Assembly: GCA_964658305.1 (NCBI GenBank)
Contig: OZ210885.1
Span: forward strand, 11,656,001 to 11,720,000
Source of the DNA: Leptogorgia sarmentosa
Taxonomy: Eukaryota
Direction: 5' to 3'
Length of the DNA stretch: 64,000 bases
The notes below the pieces were generated by a model. The model saw only the letters and a program-made list of their open reading frames with translations. It was not told the origin of the DNA and ran no database searches. Below, one piece after another: positions 12,053 to 23,040 of this stretch. The position numbers and the translations under genes were made by a program. Every line of letters begins with the position of its first letter. Position 1 is the first letter of the stretch.

Positions 12053-12125
12053 ATTTCGTGTAGTGCACTGGTTACTACCTGCTTCTCACACTGCAAGAAC
12101 CCCAGTTTAAATCTGGCTAGGACCT
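12053..12125 (+). pseudogene. Highly decayed tRNA-Val(CAC)-like relic
   Basis: TGTAGTGCACTGGTTACTACCTGCTTCTCACACTGCAAGAACCCCAGTTTAAATCTGG aligns loosely with 12214-12286. Confidence 0.45.
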
Positions 12126-12213
12126 GCATCGCCATGAATTTGTTTCAATTTTTTTGTTGCATCGATTCACTTCTCAAGAAGTTTGTCTCTGTTTCGTAAT
12201 TTTGTACCAATTC

Positions 12214-12286
12214 GTTTCTGTAGTGTAGTGGTTATCACGTGCGCCTCACACGCGCAAGGTCCTCAGTTCAATCCTGGGCAGAAACA
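12214..12286 (+). tRNA. trnV-CAC: tRNA-Val(CAC)
   Basis: Full cloverleaf; loop CT-CAC-AC. Confidence 0.9.
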
Positions 12287-12455
12287 AGGAATCAACAATA
12301 ATTCAGCGACTCCGGGCGGAAAGTTTCACTGCTTTCATTTTAAATTTGTTACTTGGAAATAGTTTTATTGGAACCACGAAATGGCACCACAAATTTCGGA
12401 TAATAAATATCTAATTAAAGTGAATACATCTATTTCTATGTTTGCGCATAGGTCA

Positions 12456-12528
12456 GTTTCCGTAGTGTAGTGGTTATCACATGCGCCTAACAAGCGCAAG
12501 GTCCTCAGTTCGAACCTGAGGGGAAACA
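12456..12528 (+). tRNA. trnV-AAC: tRNA-Val(AAC), acceptor mismatch
   Basis: Loop CT-AAC-AA; 3' strand GGGAAAC instead of CGGAAAC. Confidence 0.75.
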
Positions 12529-12673
12529 TAGCTACAGTGTGAGCTTTTTTAAATAGAGAAATTTTTTTATTGAATTTTTCAGTAAATAGCCAGAAACATT
12601 TTCTTGGTGAAATCGAATTTGTGTAAATAGATCAGCTCTGAAAAGAAATGCTCTCAATTTTTGGTAAATTTGT

Positions 12674-12797
12674 TGTCAGGAGTGGGATTCGAACCCACGA
12701 CCACATGTGTGGACCAGAACGCCCTATTATGTCAAGGTTGATCGTGACAAGCTTCTGCACTTGAGTCTGGCGCCTTAGACCACTCGGCCATCCTGAC
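12674..12797 (-). tRNA. trnL-CAA: tRNA-Leu(CAA) with 40-nt intron
   Basis: Intact type II cloverleaf; intron at 37/38 TGCAGAAG...ATAGGGCG. Confidence 0.92.
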
Positions 12798-12935
12798 AAG
12801 CTTGAAAACATAGAATTTCCTACCACATTTATTCTTTGCTACCTTCAACATTCCGCATCCCGTTCTGATTTTCTCTTGACAACTGACCTGATTCGAAGAC
12901 GTGACGGTATAAAATGGAATAAAATGAAAATAATC

Positions 12936-13006
12936 TGCGTTAGCGGGCAATCGAACCCCGGTCTCCCACGTGGCAGGCGAGAATTCAACCACTGAACCAC
13001 CAAAGC
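12936..13006 (-). pseudogene. trnG-GCC: Degenerate tRNA-Gly(GCC)
   Basis: Loop CT-GCC-AC; mismatches in the acceptor and T stems. Confidence 0.75.
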
Positions 13007-13294
13007 AAAGTTGCCCAATTCGTTCGTGATAGCTAATGTTCATATTCCACGAGATGCCGAACATTTTTACCAAACATCTTCAACTAATAAATCAGAGTAA
13101 GTTCTAGAAATTTTTACACTTTAAACATGATCAGCAAAATCAATTTTTTTGTGGAAAAGCAAGATCATGTCAACAAGGACTTAAATACAGAGAAAACACC
13201 AAAAGAATGGGTAAGAGGAATAGAGCTAGTATAATAGAAATGGTTTTGCTAATTTCTCGAATTGTATATATTTTTCCTTCTCTCGCAAGTATTA

Positions 13295-13365
13295 TTCCCA
13301 TGCGGGGAATCGAACTCGGGACTTGGCGGTGAGAGCGCCATATCCGGCCACCGGACCACATGGGA
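13295..13365 (-). pseudogene. trnE-CTC: Degenerate tRNA-Glu(CTC)
   Basis: TCCCATG/CATGGGA acceptor; loop CT-CTC-AC; 1-nt deletion and T-stem mismatches. Confidence 0.75.
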
Positions 13366-13461
13366 GAAACATTTATCTTTTCTTGGAATGTGAAAATAAC
13401 GATAATATTTTTAATTTGAATTTGGTAGAAAATTTCGAGAGACAGCGTGGCCAGAAGTGCT

Positions 13462-13534
13462 TGACCTTGAAGTGAATTGAACACTTAACCTTCTGATCTG
13501 GAGTCAGACGCGCTACCAATTGCGCCACAAGGTC
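13462..13534 (-). tRNA. trnW-CCA: tRNA-Trp(CCA)
   Basis: GACCTTG/CAAGGTC; TCTGA-CT-CCA-GA-TCAGA. Confidence 0.9.
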
Positions 13535-13620
13535 GTAGCGCTGTTAAAATGGTTTGGTTTCAGAGAACGAGTTTGAGAATGTGAACACAAGCTGCTTCAA
13601 ATTGAAATTTTCAGAAAAAA

Positions 13621-13696
13621 TTCCCACGCCGGGAATCGAACCCGGGCCATGGCGGTGAAAACGCCATGCAGATCCTAACCACTAGACCACATGGGA
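13621..13696 (-). pseudogene. trnE-TTC: tRNA-Glu(TTC) with a 4-nt insertion
   Basis: As 18732-18803 plus TGCA between the D and anticodon arms. Confidence 0.8.
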
Positions 13697-13786
13697 GTGA
13701 TAACTTATTGACTATTCCTGTGTTACAAAGCCAGTTTGTTTCTCGTGTTGCAGTTGAAATTGAAGTGAAACAAAATGAAAATATTC

Positions 13787-13857
13787 TGCGTTAGCGGGGA
13801 ATCAAACCCCGGTCTCCCGCGTGGCAGGCGAAAATTCTACCACTGAACCACCAACGC
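13787..13857 (-). tRNA. trnG-GCC: tRNA-Gly(GCC), T-loop variant (possible pseudogene)
   Basis: Cloverleaf with TTTGA in place of TTCGA. Confidence 0.7.
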
Positions 13858-14141
13858 AATGTTGCGCAATTCTTACGTCCTAATGTTCATATTCCCCAAC
13901 ATGCCGAACATTTGCACCAAACACCTTCAAATAATAAATCAGAGTAAGTTCTAGGAAATTGTTACACTTTAAACATGATCAACAAAATGATTTTCTTTGT
14001 GGAAAAGCAAAATCCTGTCAATAAGGACTTAAATACAGAAAACACCAAAAGAATGGGTAAGAAGGATAGAGCTAGTATAATAGAAATGGTTTTGCTAATT
14101 TCTCGAATTGCATATTTTTCCCTTCTCTCGCAAAAGTATTA

Positions 14142-14213
14142 TTCCCATGCCGGGAATCGAACCCGGGTCTTGGCGGTGAGAGCGCCAGATCCTGACCACT
14201 GGACTACATGAGA
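14142..14213 (-). tRNA. trnE-CTC: tRNA-Glu(CTC) variant
   Basis: Loop CT-CTC-AC; a few substitutions versus 23650-23721. Confidence 0.75.
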
Positions 14214-14310
14214 GAAACATTTATCTTTTCTAGGAATGTGAAAATAACCAATAATATTTTTAATTTGAATTTCGAAGAGGATGTCGAGAGACAGCGGGGC
14301 CACAAATGCT

Positions 14311-14383
14311 TGACCTTGAAGTGAATTGAACACTTAACCTTCTGATTTTGAGTCAGACGCGCTACCAATTGCGCCACAAGGTC
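14311..14383 (-). pseudogene. tRNA-Trp body with anticodon mutated to CAA
   Basis: Same as 13462-13534 except the loop is CT-CAA-AA. Confidence 0.8.
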
Positions 14384-14469
14384 GTAGTGCTGTTAAAATG
14401 GTTTGGTTTCAGAGAACGAGTTTGAAAATGTGAACTCAAGCTGCTTCAGATTGAAATTTTCAGAAAAAA

Positions 14470-14499
14470 TTCCCACGCCGGGAATAGAACCTGGGCCAT
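14470..14499 (-). pseudogene. 3' fragment of tRNA-Glu(TTC)
   Basis: TTCCCACGCCGGGAATAGAACCTGGGCCAT, then unrelated sequence. Confidence 0.65.
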
Positions 14500-14794
14500 A
14501 TAGGCATACTCTGCTAAAAGCTCCTTTACCCAATAAAAAAATCAAGGACTTAAAATCAAGAATTTAAAAAACGATACATAACTAATAATAATTATGTACA
14601 TTATGAATCAATTTGTGGGCATTATTCCTGAATCTTTTGTTGCTGGAAATAATTCTTTATTAATCGTGCCAAGGCGTAAAAGAGGTTGATATCGGAAAAT
14701 ATTAATTTTACTTTTTTTCCGTTATGGATGAAATTACGAGTTTTCCCAAAATATGGATAAGAAACGTGAACTTTTGAAATTCACATTAACTATC

Positions 14795-14845
14795 GATTTT
14801 CGCTTTGGGTGCGAGAGGTCATGGGTTCGATTCCCGTGCAAGCCC
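14795..14845 (+). pseudogene. 5'-truncated tRNA-Pro(TGG)
   Basis: TCGCTTTGGGTGCGAGAGGTCATGGGTTCGATTCCCGTGCAAGCCC. Confidence 0.75.
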
Positions 14846-14922
14846 TTATAATTAACCAAGTAAGACGTTGTATCTTTTGAAAGCTTCCGTAAATCCTTAG
14901 AAAACCCCACCCAAACACGTCA

Positions 14923-14999
14923 CGTCCCTGGTTGGACCCGAACCAACAACCTTACGGTTAACAGCCGAACAACGCGCTAACTGATTGCGCCACAGAGAC
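14923..14999 (-). pseudogene. trnN-GTT: Degenerate tRNA-Asn(GTT) with a 3-nt insertion
   Basis: Paralog of 24930-25003. Confidence 0.78.
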
Positions 15000-15166
15000 C
15001 GACTCCATTGAAAACATTCCCAAAAGAAACAAAAAATACTGGATATTATTTTTGTTCAAAATCTGATTTTTAGCCAAGGCCATATGCGACGGCAACAATA
15101 AACAGAACTTCAACGGTGACGATGCCCGCAATGGTGATTACAATACTTTTTGGTGTTTGAAACAGA

Positions 15167-15238
15167 TGCCGTGACCAGGATTCGAACCTGGGTTATTGCG
15201 GCCACAACGCAATGTACTAACCACTATACGATCACGGC
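15167..15238 (-). tRNA. trnH-GTG: tRNA-His(GTG)
   Basis: GCCGTGATCGTATAGTGGTTAGTAC...TT-GTG-GC...GTTCGAATCCTGGTCACGGCA; intact. Confidence 0.93.
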
Positions 15239-15277
15239 GACGTCGTTGGAAGAACGGCTGAGATATTACATTAATGC

Positions 15278-16212
15278 CAGTTGCGACGCCAGCCTTTGTC
15301 GTTTGGTCATGAAAAAGACCCACCACAACTAGGGGGGTCGGGGGGAATTCTCCCCCGGGAAAATTTTGAAATATAGACCCCAAGAATCGCCATTTCCAGC
15401 AATCTGGAAATCGCAGCAGGCCCAGCGCGCCCGTTAAAGCAAATCAAATAAATCTCTGACCTGATCTCTGACCTTTTTAAAATTATAATATTATAATTTA
15501 ACAACCCAAGCTTAGTGAAGCCTCGTGAAGTCTAGTTTCATTGCTGATATATAAAGAACATCTTAATTGTTTTATCAATGTTGGCCACATTATATTATCA
15601 TCAAATAACATCATCGTTTTCCGGATTTTCATTCACTTGCAATGAAGAACAGCTTGACATGCTTGATTGCCCACGAGAAGACATGTTCATTCAGGCTGAA
15701 AGCAAAGGGGCTGTGTATTCGGGTTGGCTGCCTGTTAGTCATGCAAATCGAAATTGCATGACCGAACCTTCAAAATTAGCTGCATTGCGCGTGCGCGATC
15801 GCCTCTAACCAATCAGAAACTAATTAACTTTACTATAAAATAATACAGCTAGTCATGAAATTTGAAAATGCATGACCACACCACGCAAACCACGCAGCAA
15901 ATCCACGCAATCGTTTTCCACGCGTTTGCGCTAATTGCGCAAGCGGTCATGCATGTAAAATCTGCATAACCGCTCTGTTGTCATGGTAACAAAGCCGAAA
16001 TCAATAACCTTCGAGAACACTGAGCGAAAATATCGCTCAAAGACAATTGATTTGGACAGAAAAATGATGAATAAAACACTTCAGCGCAGAAGTGCAAAGA
16101 TAAAGTATAATTCTATACTGAATAATTTTACCAATCTTATATTTTAAAACATTTTTGGGGAAATTTTTAGTCATGCCCTGCATGACTTGCATGACCGCTG
16201 GCATCGCCACTG
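15278..16212. mobile_element. Non-autonomous hAT-type element (935 bp)
   Basis: TIR CAGTTGCGACGCCAGC / GCTGGCATCGCCACTG; 8-bp TSD ATTAATGC at 15270-15277 and 16213-16220. Confidence 0.88.
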
Positions 16213-16275
16213 ATTAATGCCCTATTTTCCCCCGTCAGTGCAAAGTACAAAAGAAAACATTTTGATATCATCAAT

Positions 16276-16347
16276 GGCTTGCTGGTCTAGTGGTATGATT
16301 CTCGCTTAAGGTGCGAGAGGTCACTGGTTCGATTCCTGTGCAAGCCC
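16276..16347 (+). pseudogene. tRNA-Pro body with AAG anticodon (likely mutated AGG)
   Basis: GGCTTGC/GCAAGCC acceptor as in 25126-25197; loop TT-AAG-GT; T-stem mismatch. Confidence 0.78.
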
Positions 16348-16469
16348 TAGTTAATTAACCAAGTAAGACGTTCTCTTTTTTGAAAGCTTCCATAAATCCT
16401 TAGAAAACCCCGCGCAAAAAATTCGGTTACATTTACCGTCACGACGTCTGAATAACATCACACCAAACA

Positions 16470-16493
16470 CGTCCCTGGTTGGACTCGAACCAA

Positions 16494-16532
<39 letters not shown>

Positions 16533-16543
16533 CCCACAGAGAC
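16470..16543 (-). tRNA. trnN-GTT: tRNA-Asn(GTT), one D-stem mismatch
   Basis: Loop CT-GTT-AA. Confidence 0.8.
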
Positions 16544-16796
16544 CAACTCAAAAACTTTCCCAAAAGAAATGTAAAAATAACGGATATTACTATTTAATAA
16601 CAATACACTCGTGAGTTTTCCGAAAACCGCAAATAGCACTCGTCGTTCGGACTCAGCTAGAAGTTGAAAACTTTGCTTTAAAAAAGTTCCTTCGACAAAT
16701 TCTTTTTATAACTTTTCTCTTTTTTCTCCTACACCCAAATCATAACCACCCATAACACCAAAATTTTGCCAAATACATTCTGGAAATTTGCTCTTC

Positions 16797-16878
16797 CGTA
16801 GTCGGCAGGATTTGAACCTGCGCGGGAATTTCCCAACAGATTTCTAGTCTGTCGCCTTAACCACTCGACGACGACCAC
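16797..16878 (-). pseudogene. trnS-AGA: tRNA-Ser(AGA) with 5' substitutions
   Basis: Loop CT-AGA-AA; long variable arm; altered positions near 3, 9 and 11. Confidence 0.78.
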
Positions 16879-17088
16879 ATTGGCATTAAACATCGCTTCC
16901 ACTTCGAAATGAATAAATTTTCATTCTTCCAGTAAAATCCAAGAAAATATTTTAGTAATCGTTTTCAAGTATTGGTGGATAGATTTAACACGAATCGTAG
17001 TATATGCATCTCAACTCTTTGGGTCGCATATTTCCCATCAGCCTGCTTTAAAGAATTTGGAAGTTTTCCAGTTTATAGGTATGATAAG

Positions 17089-17160
17089 TAGGAGTGGGCG
17101 GATTTGATCCACCGACTTCTCGATCTGCAGTCGAATAGAGCACCACTGAGCTACACTCCT
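17089..17160 (-). pseudogene. trnC-GCA: tRNA-Cys(GCA) with a 7-bp micro-inversion in the D-arm
   Basis: Loop CT-GCA-GA; TAGAGCA replaced by TGCTCTA; T-loop ATCAAAT. Confidence 0.8.
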
Positions 17161-17301
17161 TGTGTTGACTACTGGGTTAATTATACGCACATATCAAACG
17201 CAGCTATAATCAATTCACGGACCTTTGTCAAACGTGATATCTTTGTATCAAAGAAAGGAAGAAACGTTAAACAAATTGGATCTTTGACTTTAACGTGTTA
17301 A

Positions 17302-17373
17302 GGTTCTGTGGTGTAATGGTTAGCACTTTGGACTTTGAATCCAGTGGTCCGAGTTCAAGTCTCGGCAGAACCT
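17302..17373 (+). tRNA. trnQ-TTG: tRNA-Gln(TTG)
   Basis: GGTTCTG/CAGAACC; loop CT-TTG-AA. Confidence 0.9.
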
Positions 17374-17631
17374 ATATTGAACTAGGCATTTGAAACGTTG
17401 GATAACGTAGCGAATGTCTCTTACAATGTTGTTTTGGAAATCTCAGTTATTTGGTTACAAAAACGATACTCTGTTATAGAAGTCACTCCCGAAAGAGTGA
17501 AAAATGATCAAGAATTTAGAATACAATGCAAAAATTCTGTCCATGATCAAATAGTTTGTGGCTATCAACTAGTTTCGACCAAAAGAAGGTGATATCAGAA
17601 AATATCATTTTTATTCTTTTTGGCTGGATAA

Positions 17632-18005
17632 GGCCCCTATTACACTATACCGGATTGCATTGGAGCGGAGCGATTTTTATACCGGATTGGGCTGTTGATT
17701 ACACTACGCCACTGTAATCCGGTACGTGACGCGGAGCAAAAATCACTCCGCTTCGTTCGTGATACGAAAAGTAATCCGGTATGTGCCGTACCGGGAAAAG
17801 CCAAGTGTAATCACTAATCCGGTAGGCTCCGGTGCATCAAATAATGTCGTGTTTGTATGCCCTAAATATCCAACATTATACGATACGAAGACGTCTTCCA
17901 CAGCGGAGCGGCGTAGTGTAATCGCTGCCATTTCTTTCATCCGTGTCAAAATTGATTCGGAACGAAAAGTAATCCGGTGTAAGTAATATAAGTGTAATAG
18001 GGGTC
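17632..18005. mobile_element. PIF/Harbinger-type MITE
   Basis: TIR GGCCCCTATTACACT / AGTGTAATAGGGGTC; TAA TSD both sides; internal AATCCGGT repeats. Confidence 0.82.
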
Positions 18006-18053
18006 TAAATTGCGAATTTTCACAAAATTTGGATAAGATGCATCACGTTTTGA

Positions 18054-18410
18054 CAGGGGCGCCGGAAGCACGGGGGCAGCTGCCCCCGTTTCCCTTACGG
18101 TGCGGGGGCAATGCGGGGGCAACTCGTTGCCCTTTTCCACATGGAGGATATGAAGGATATTTCATTAATCATGCATTATTAGCGTTAACAGATGTAATTG
18201 TGTTTCTTAATTATAATTCGATGTAAAGTAATACGTAAAAAAAAATCGGATCGAATTTATTTTATGTAAAAACATCTTCTGCAGTGTGGTCCAGTATCCA
18301 TATAGGAAAATCTTACCGAACATTACCGCACAGGAACATTTAATGTCTAGAAAAAGGTGCCCTTTTTAATTGGCTGCCCCCGCCGCTTCAGGTAGCTTCC
18401 GGCGCCCCTG
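18054..18410. mobile_element. hAT-type MITE (357 bp)
   Basis: TIR CAGGGGCGCCGGAAGC / GCTTCCGGCGCCCCTG; 8-bp TSD CGTTTTGA. Confidence 0.9.
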
Positions 18411-18466
18411 CGTTTTGAAATTTATATCAGCTCAATCAACCACAACGTCGATGAACAACGAAAGTT

Positions 18467-18548
18467 TGGCAGCGGTGGGATTCGAACCCACGCCAACGAA
18501 ATGACTGGTGCCTTAAACCAGCGCCTTAGACCACTCGGCCACGCTACC
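18467..18548 (-). tRNA. trnL-AAG: tRNA-Leu(AAG)
   Basis: GGTAGCGTGGCCGAGTGGTCTAAGGC; loop TT-AAG-GC; intact. Confidence 0.93.
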
Positions 18549-18591
18549 TGTGACGCGCTGACAATATCATCTCTCTTAATTAATACTTTCA

Positions 18592-18645
18592 ACACTTAAC
18601 CTTCTGATCTGGAGTCAGACGCGCTACCAATTGCGCCACAAGGTC
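18592..18645 (-). pseudogene. 3'-truncated tRNA-Trp(CCA)
   Basis: Matches 13462-13534 up to the T-loop; marks a duplication breakpoint. Confidence 0.8.
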
Positions 18646-18731
18646 GTAGTGCTGTTAAAATGATTTGGTTTCAGAGAACCAGTTTGAAAATGTGAACACA
18701 AGCTGCTTCAAATTGAAATTGTCAGAAAAAA

Positions 18732-18803
18732 TTCCCACGCCGGGAATCGAACCCGGGCCATGGCGGTGAAAACGCCAGATCCTAACCACTAGACCACATG
18801 GGA
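18732..18803 (-). tRNA. trnE-TTC: tRNA-Glu(TTC)
   Basis: Intact cloverleaf; loop TT-TTC-AC. Confidence 0.92.
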
Positions 18804-18893
18804 GTGATAACTTGTTGACTATTCCTGTGTTACGAAGCCGGTTTGTTTTTCGTGTTGGAGTTGAAATTGAAATGCATCAAAATGAAAATAATC

Positions 18894-18964
18894 TGCGTTA
18901 GCGGGGAATCGAATCCCGGTCTCCCGCGTGGCAGGCGAGAATTCTACCACTGAACCACCAACGC
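18894..18964 (-). tRNA. trnG-GCC: tRNA-Gly(GCC), G53A variant
   Basis: Loop CT-GCC-AC; T-arm CGGGA-TTCGATT-CCCCG. Confidence 0.75.
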
Positions 18965-19245
18965 AAAGTTGTCCAATTGTTTTGCTATAATGTTCATATT
19001 CCACAAGATGCCGAGCATTTTCACCAAACACATTCAAATAATTAATCAGAGTAAGTTCTAGGAAATTGTTACACTTTAAACCTGATCAGCAAAAGGATTT
19101 TTTTGTGAAAAGCAAGATCATGTCAATTCGGACTTAAATACAGAAAACACCAAAAAAATGGGTAAGTGGGATAGAGCTACTATAATAGCAACGGTTGTGC
19201 TGATTTGTAGAATTGCATATTTTTTCCTTCTCTCGCAAGTATTAA

Positions 19246-19317
19246 TTCCCATGCCGGGAATCGAACCCGGGCCTTGGCGGAGAGAGCGCCAGATCCTGAC
19301 CACTGGACTACATGGGA
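19246..19317 (-). tRNA. trnE-CTC: tRNA-Glu(CTC) variant (T at 37)
   Basis: Loop CT-CTC-TC. Confidence 0.72.
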
Positions 19318-19413
19318 CAAACATTTATTTTTTCTCTGAATGTGATAATAACGATAATATTTTTAATTCGAATTTGGTAGAAAATTTCGAGAGACAGCGT
19401 GGCCAGAAGTGCT

Positions 19414-19486
19414 TGACCTTGAAGTGAATTGAACATTTAACCTTCTGATCTGGAGTCAGACGCGCTACCAATTGCGCCACAAGGGC
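19414..19486 (-). tRNA. trnW-CCA: tRNA-Trp(CCA) variant with acceptor and T-stem mismatches
   Basis: Paralog of 13462-13534. Confidence 0.72.
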
Positions 19487-19732
19487 GTAGCGTTGTTAAA
19501 ATGGTTTGGTTTCAGAGAACGAGTTTGAGAATATAAACACAAGCTGCTTCATTTATTGATTGCCACGCCCATATGTGCAGTTTTACAACATTTTGTCTAT
19601 TTTTACAACTGTTGAAAAAATCACTATCAAGTGGATAAAGTTGATATCGAAATTCGTACAGCCGGCCTCTGATGCTATCGGCAATTAATGCCGTAATTGG
19701 ATTTATATTCTGAGTTTCAATGGGAAGAATTT

Positions 19733-19805
19733 GCCTCATTAGCTCAGTGGTTAGAGCACTGGTCTTGTAAACCAGGGGTCCAGAGTTCAAATCTCTGATG
19801 AGGCT
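19733..19805 (+). tRNA. trnT-TGT: tRNA-Thr(TGT), intronless
   Basis: GCCTCAT/ATGAGGC; CTGGT-CT-TGT-AA-ACCAG. Confidence 0.93.
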
Positions 19806-19981
19806 CAAAAGTATCGTTATCAGACTACCGCTTTCTAGCTTGAAATATATTCGATATTATAAATCAATCAAAGACTAAATGGTAACGTTTTACGAAGAAT
19901 GAAAACAAGCGCATAATCTTCACTCGTATTTTTATCATTTTGAAACATCACATCAGTGCAGGATGCGAAAGTAATATAATA

Positions 19982-20019
19982 TAAACCAGGGGTCCAGAGT
20001 TCAAATCTCTGTTGAGGCT
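19982..20019 (+). pseudogene. 3' half of tRNA-Thr
   Basis: TAAACCAGGGGTCCAGAGTTCAAATCTCTGTTGAGGCT. Confidence 0.7.
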
Positions 20020-20132
20020 TTTTTTTCTTCGTAAATTTTGAAGAACGTGGAAGACAAACGCCCAGATGGTATTCCATGTGCTGTTCAGTGAGTTAAAACT
20101 GAAGAAATAAAAAAGCTATTGAAAGAGTACTA

Positions 20133-22461
20133 CACTGTTATTTTAGGGGAGTTATTTTAACTCCAAAAACGGTGTCAAATAAAAAGGTTCAGAATAGCAC
20201 CCTTTTTGGTGTTACACTTAACACCACTTTTGGTGTTAAAATTAACTCCTGTTTTGGAGTTATTTTAACCCAATATTTGGAGTTAAAAATGTAACACCCT
20301 TTGTGGAGTTAAAATATAACTCCAAAAGTGGTGTTAAAATAGCACCACTTTTGGAGTTACAGTAAATTTAACTCCCTTTCTGGAGTTAAAATTTAACTCC
20401 TCTTTTGGAGTTACTTTTAACCTTAAACCTTCTCCCCTTAGACAAATTTTTGAATTGACAAATTTCATTAGCAAAGCGGGAAAAAACATCATAAATTCAC
20501 TAAAATTGCGAAGTTTGGATACAGAAATAAATATCGTAAAATCTGGATAATACAGTCATGTCAAATTTGTGAATTTTGTATACTTTTGTATTACGCACGC
20601 TAAATTATCATAACATGACTGTATATCCATTTTTACGATATTTTGTAACCAAACTTCACAACTTATGATGCTCTTTCCAGCTGGGCTGATGAATTTCTCC
20701 AATTCAAAAGTTGGTCTAAAAATATAAAAGAAATATTACTGTAAATTTCAAAAGCACTCACAATTTTTTTTGACAGCAAAATAAGTGATTTAATTTATAA
20801 AAAAATTAATTTACAAGCATAGCCTCAATAGAGTTCATTGATGCTCCTTCATTAGAGAAAATGGCTTATCTTTGTGGCATTGTTTATTCGTACAAATCCT
20901 TATAATATGTGGCTCAAATCCATGTATCCAGCAGTTAGTTGAGCAGTATTTATTCCATCCTCAGGCTTTTGAATCATGTTGTTCATAATCAACCTAAAAA
21001 TATAATGTAGAAACAATCTTAATTATAGTCATAGTGCATTTTTATGCAATTTAGATGCTACTATAAATATCTTCAATGTCGTTTTAAAATTAGGCCAAAG
21101 TATTGCCATAAAGCAGTTCATATGGTTTATGTTTGGTGTTCAAGTCCCTTGACCTTGTACTGTAGTGGAACCTGTTGATTTTTAACAAATAATAATATGG
21201 ATTTACCTACACTTTGTCCTTGAAAATCAGCCATTTGTCCTTCAAAGGCCATTGTCCTTCAAAATAGCTTGACAGAAACAGTTTCTAAATACAAAAGATA
21301 TAGCAGTATAAATATGGCTTTATGATGGAACACAGTGTGCTAAATTCACTTAATTTTCACAGCGGAGATTTACTTTACGGTAAAACCCAGCAAAAAATAA
21401 CCAGTGGGTTGTAAACCACCGTCTTAACACGTCTTTCATCCATGAATTTATTTTATCAGAACAGAAATCAACTTACAGCATAATTCACCTTCGATCATTA
21501 ATGGACATGTCTTCAATCTTGATATTAACACTCGTTCCTCAGGGCTCAGTAATCATTTTTGACAGGAAATAAGAACCAGTTAAGAACGACTCCAGTCTGG
21601 ATATGAACCAGTGAGCCACCTCATCCTGAAGTCAAAATTCGCTACTGAGTTTTTAAATATCTATTTTGTGCATGTAAAAATATCGCTTTATTGTTGCACA
21701 AATGCACATAAAATTCGATTAAATAGGGATGTATGAACACTTACTTGCCAAAAAATTGTGTAAAGCCAAAACAATTGGATCTATGTCTCCTTTCTTCGTC
21801 AAAACTTTATCAAAAATTTCTTTCAAAATGTTGTCAAAACGACATTCGCTTTTCAAATTTCAAAACTGAAAAACAGACTCGGATATGTTGACTCGGATCA
21901 TTTCTCTAAGGCGGACGTCTGCGAAAGCACTACTATCTGTAATCGCGCAACCTTATTGGCTTAGAGTTATCCTTTGGTTATCCTGTATGAATAATTAGCA
22001 TAATTATCATTCGTTTCGAGTTTTTACTGCATCAATACATCATTTCCCATTTAATTTATTGAGTATTCTGACCAGTACAATTAAAAAAAAAGGGAAGAAA
22101 CAGAACCGAAAAGACTAAGTTTCTTTTTTGTCCTTTCTCACTAACAGTTCAGACGAATTACAAATTGATTTTAACTGTTTTTTCTCGTTAAATTGAGTTT
22201 GTCTCATTCCGGAATCCGGAATGCAGTTGCATTTTAACTCCAAAAGAAGAGTTACTCAGTTTAACACCACAAACGGAGTTATTTTAACTCCAGAAAAAGG
22301 GTTACTTCGGCTAACCCCCCTAAAGGGAGTTAATTTTTCATGATAATTATATGCCAAAATATTGTAACACCAAAAAGAGAGTTATTTTAACACCACATTT
22401 GGGGTTAGGGAATTTAACTCCACTAAAGGGGAGTTAAAATAACTCCCCTAAAATAACAGTG
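20133..22461. mobile_element. Non-autonomous CACTG-ended DNA transposon (EnSpm/CACTA-like), 2.3 kb
   Basis: TIR CACTGTTATTTTAGGGGAGTTATTTTAACTCC at both ends; 2-bp TSD TA; dense subterminal TTAAC(T/A)CC repeats. Confidence 0.85.
20438..20720. mobile_element. Degenerate MITE nested in the CACTG element
   Basis: TTAGACAAATTTTTGAATTG / CAATTCAAAAGTTGGTCTAA inverted ends and further diverged arm similarity. Confidence 0.5.
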
Positions 22462-22500
22462 TACGTTGGAAAAAACATGCTAGGAAGATTTTAGCAGGTC

Positions 22501-22573
22501 GCCTCATTAGCTTAGGGGTTAGAGCACTTGTTTCGTAAACCAGGGGTCCAGAGTTCAAATCTCTGATGAGGCT
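22501..22573 (+). tRNA. trnT-CGT: tRNA-Thr(CGT), intronless, with mismatches
   Basis: Loop TT-CGT-AA; anticodon-stem mismatch. Confidence 0.75.
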
Positions 22574-22777
22574 GTGTGAATAAGAATTCATCCATTTCCT
22601 TTTTGTGATTGGTTACAAGGTATGCAGTTAACTCTTCAGATTGTATAAGTGTGACCAGAAGCAAATTTTTTCAAGTGAGTTTATTTCATGAAAACACATG
22701 ATAATACGGGAATTCAAGTTTAAATTAATTAACTTCGTAATTGGATTTATATTCTGAGTTTCAATGGGGAAGAAGTT

Positions 22778-22862
22778 GCCTCTTTAGCTCAGGGGTTAGA
22801 GCACTGGTTTAGTAAAACAGCTAGGAAACCAGGCGTCCAGAGTTCAAATCTCTGAAGAGGCT
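22778..22862 (+). tRNA. trnT-AGT: tRNA-Thr(AGT) with putative 12-nt intron (22815-22826)
   Basis: GCCTCTT/AAGAGGC; CTGGT-TT-AGT-A[AAACAGCTAGGA]A-ACCAG. Confidence 0.8.
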
Positions 22863-23040
22863 TTGTGAATAAGTGTTCATCCGTTCCCTCTTTTGTAATT
22901 GGTTACAACGTATGCAGTTAACTCCCGAGATTATGGGAAGTGTGACCCGAAAGAAAACACATGATAATACGGGAATTCAAGTTTAAATTAATTAACTTCG
23001 TAATTGGATTTATATTCTGAGTTTCAATGGGGAAGAAGTT

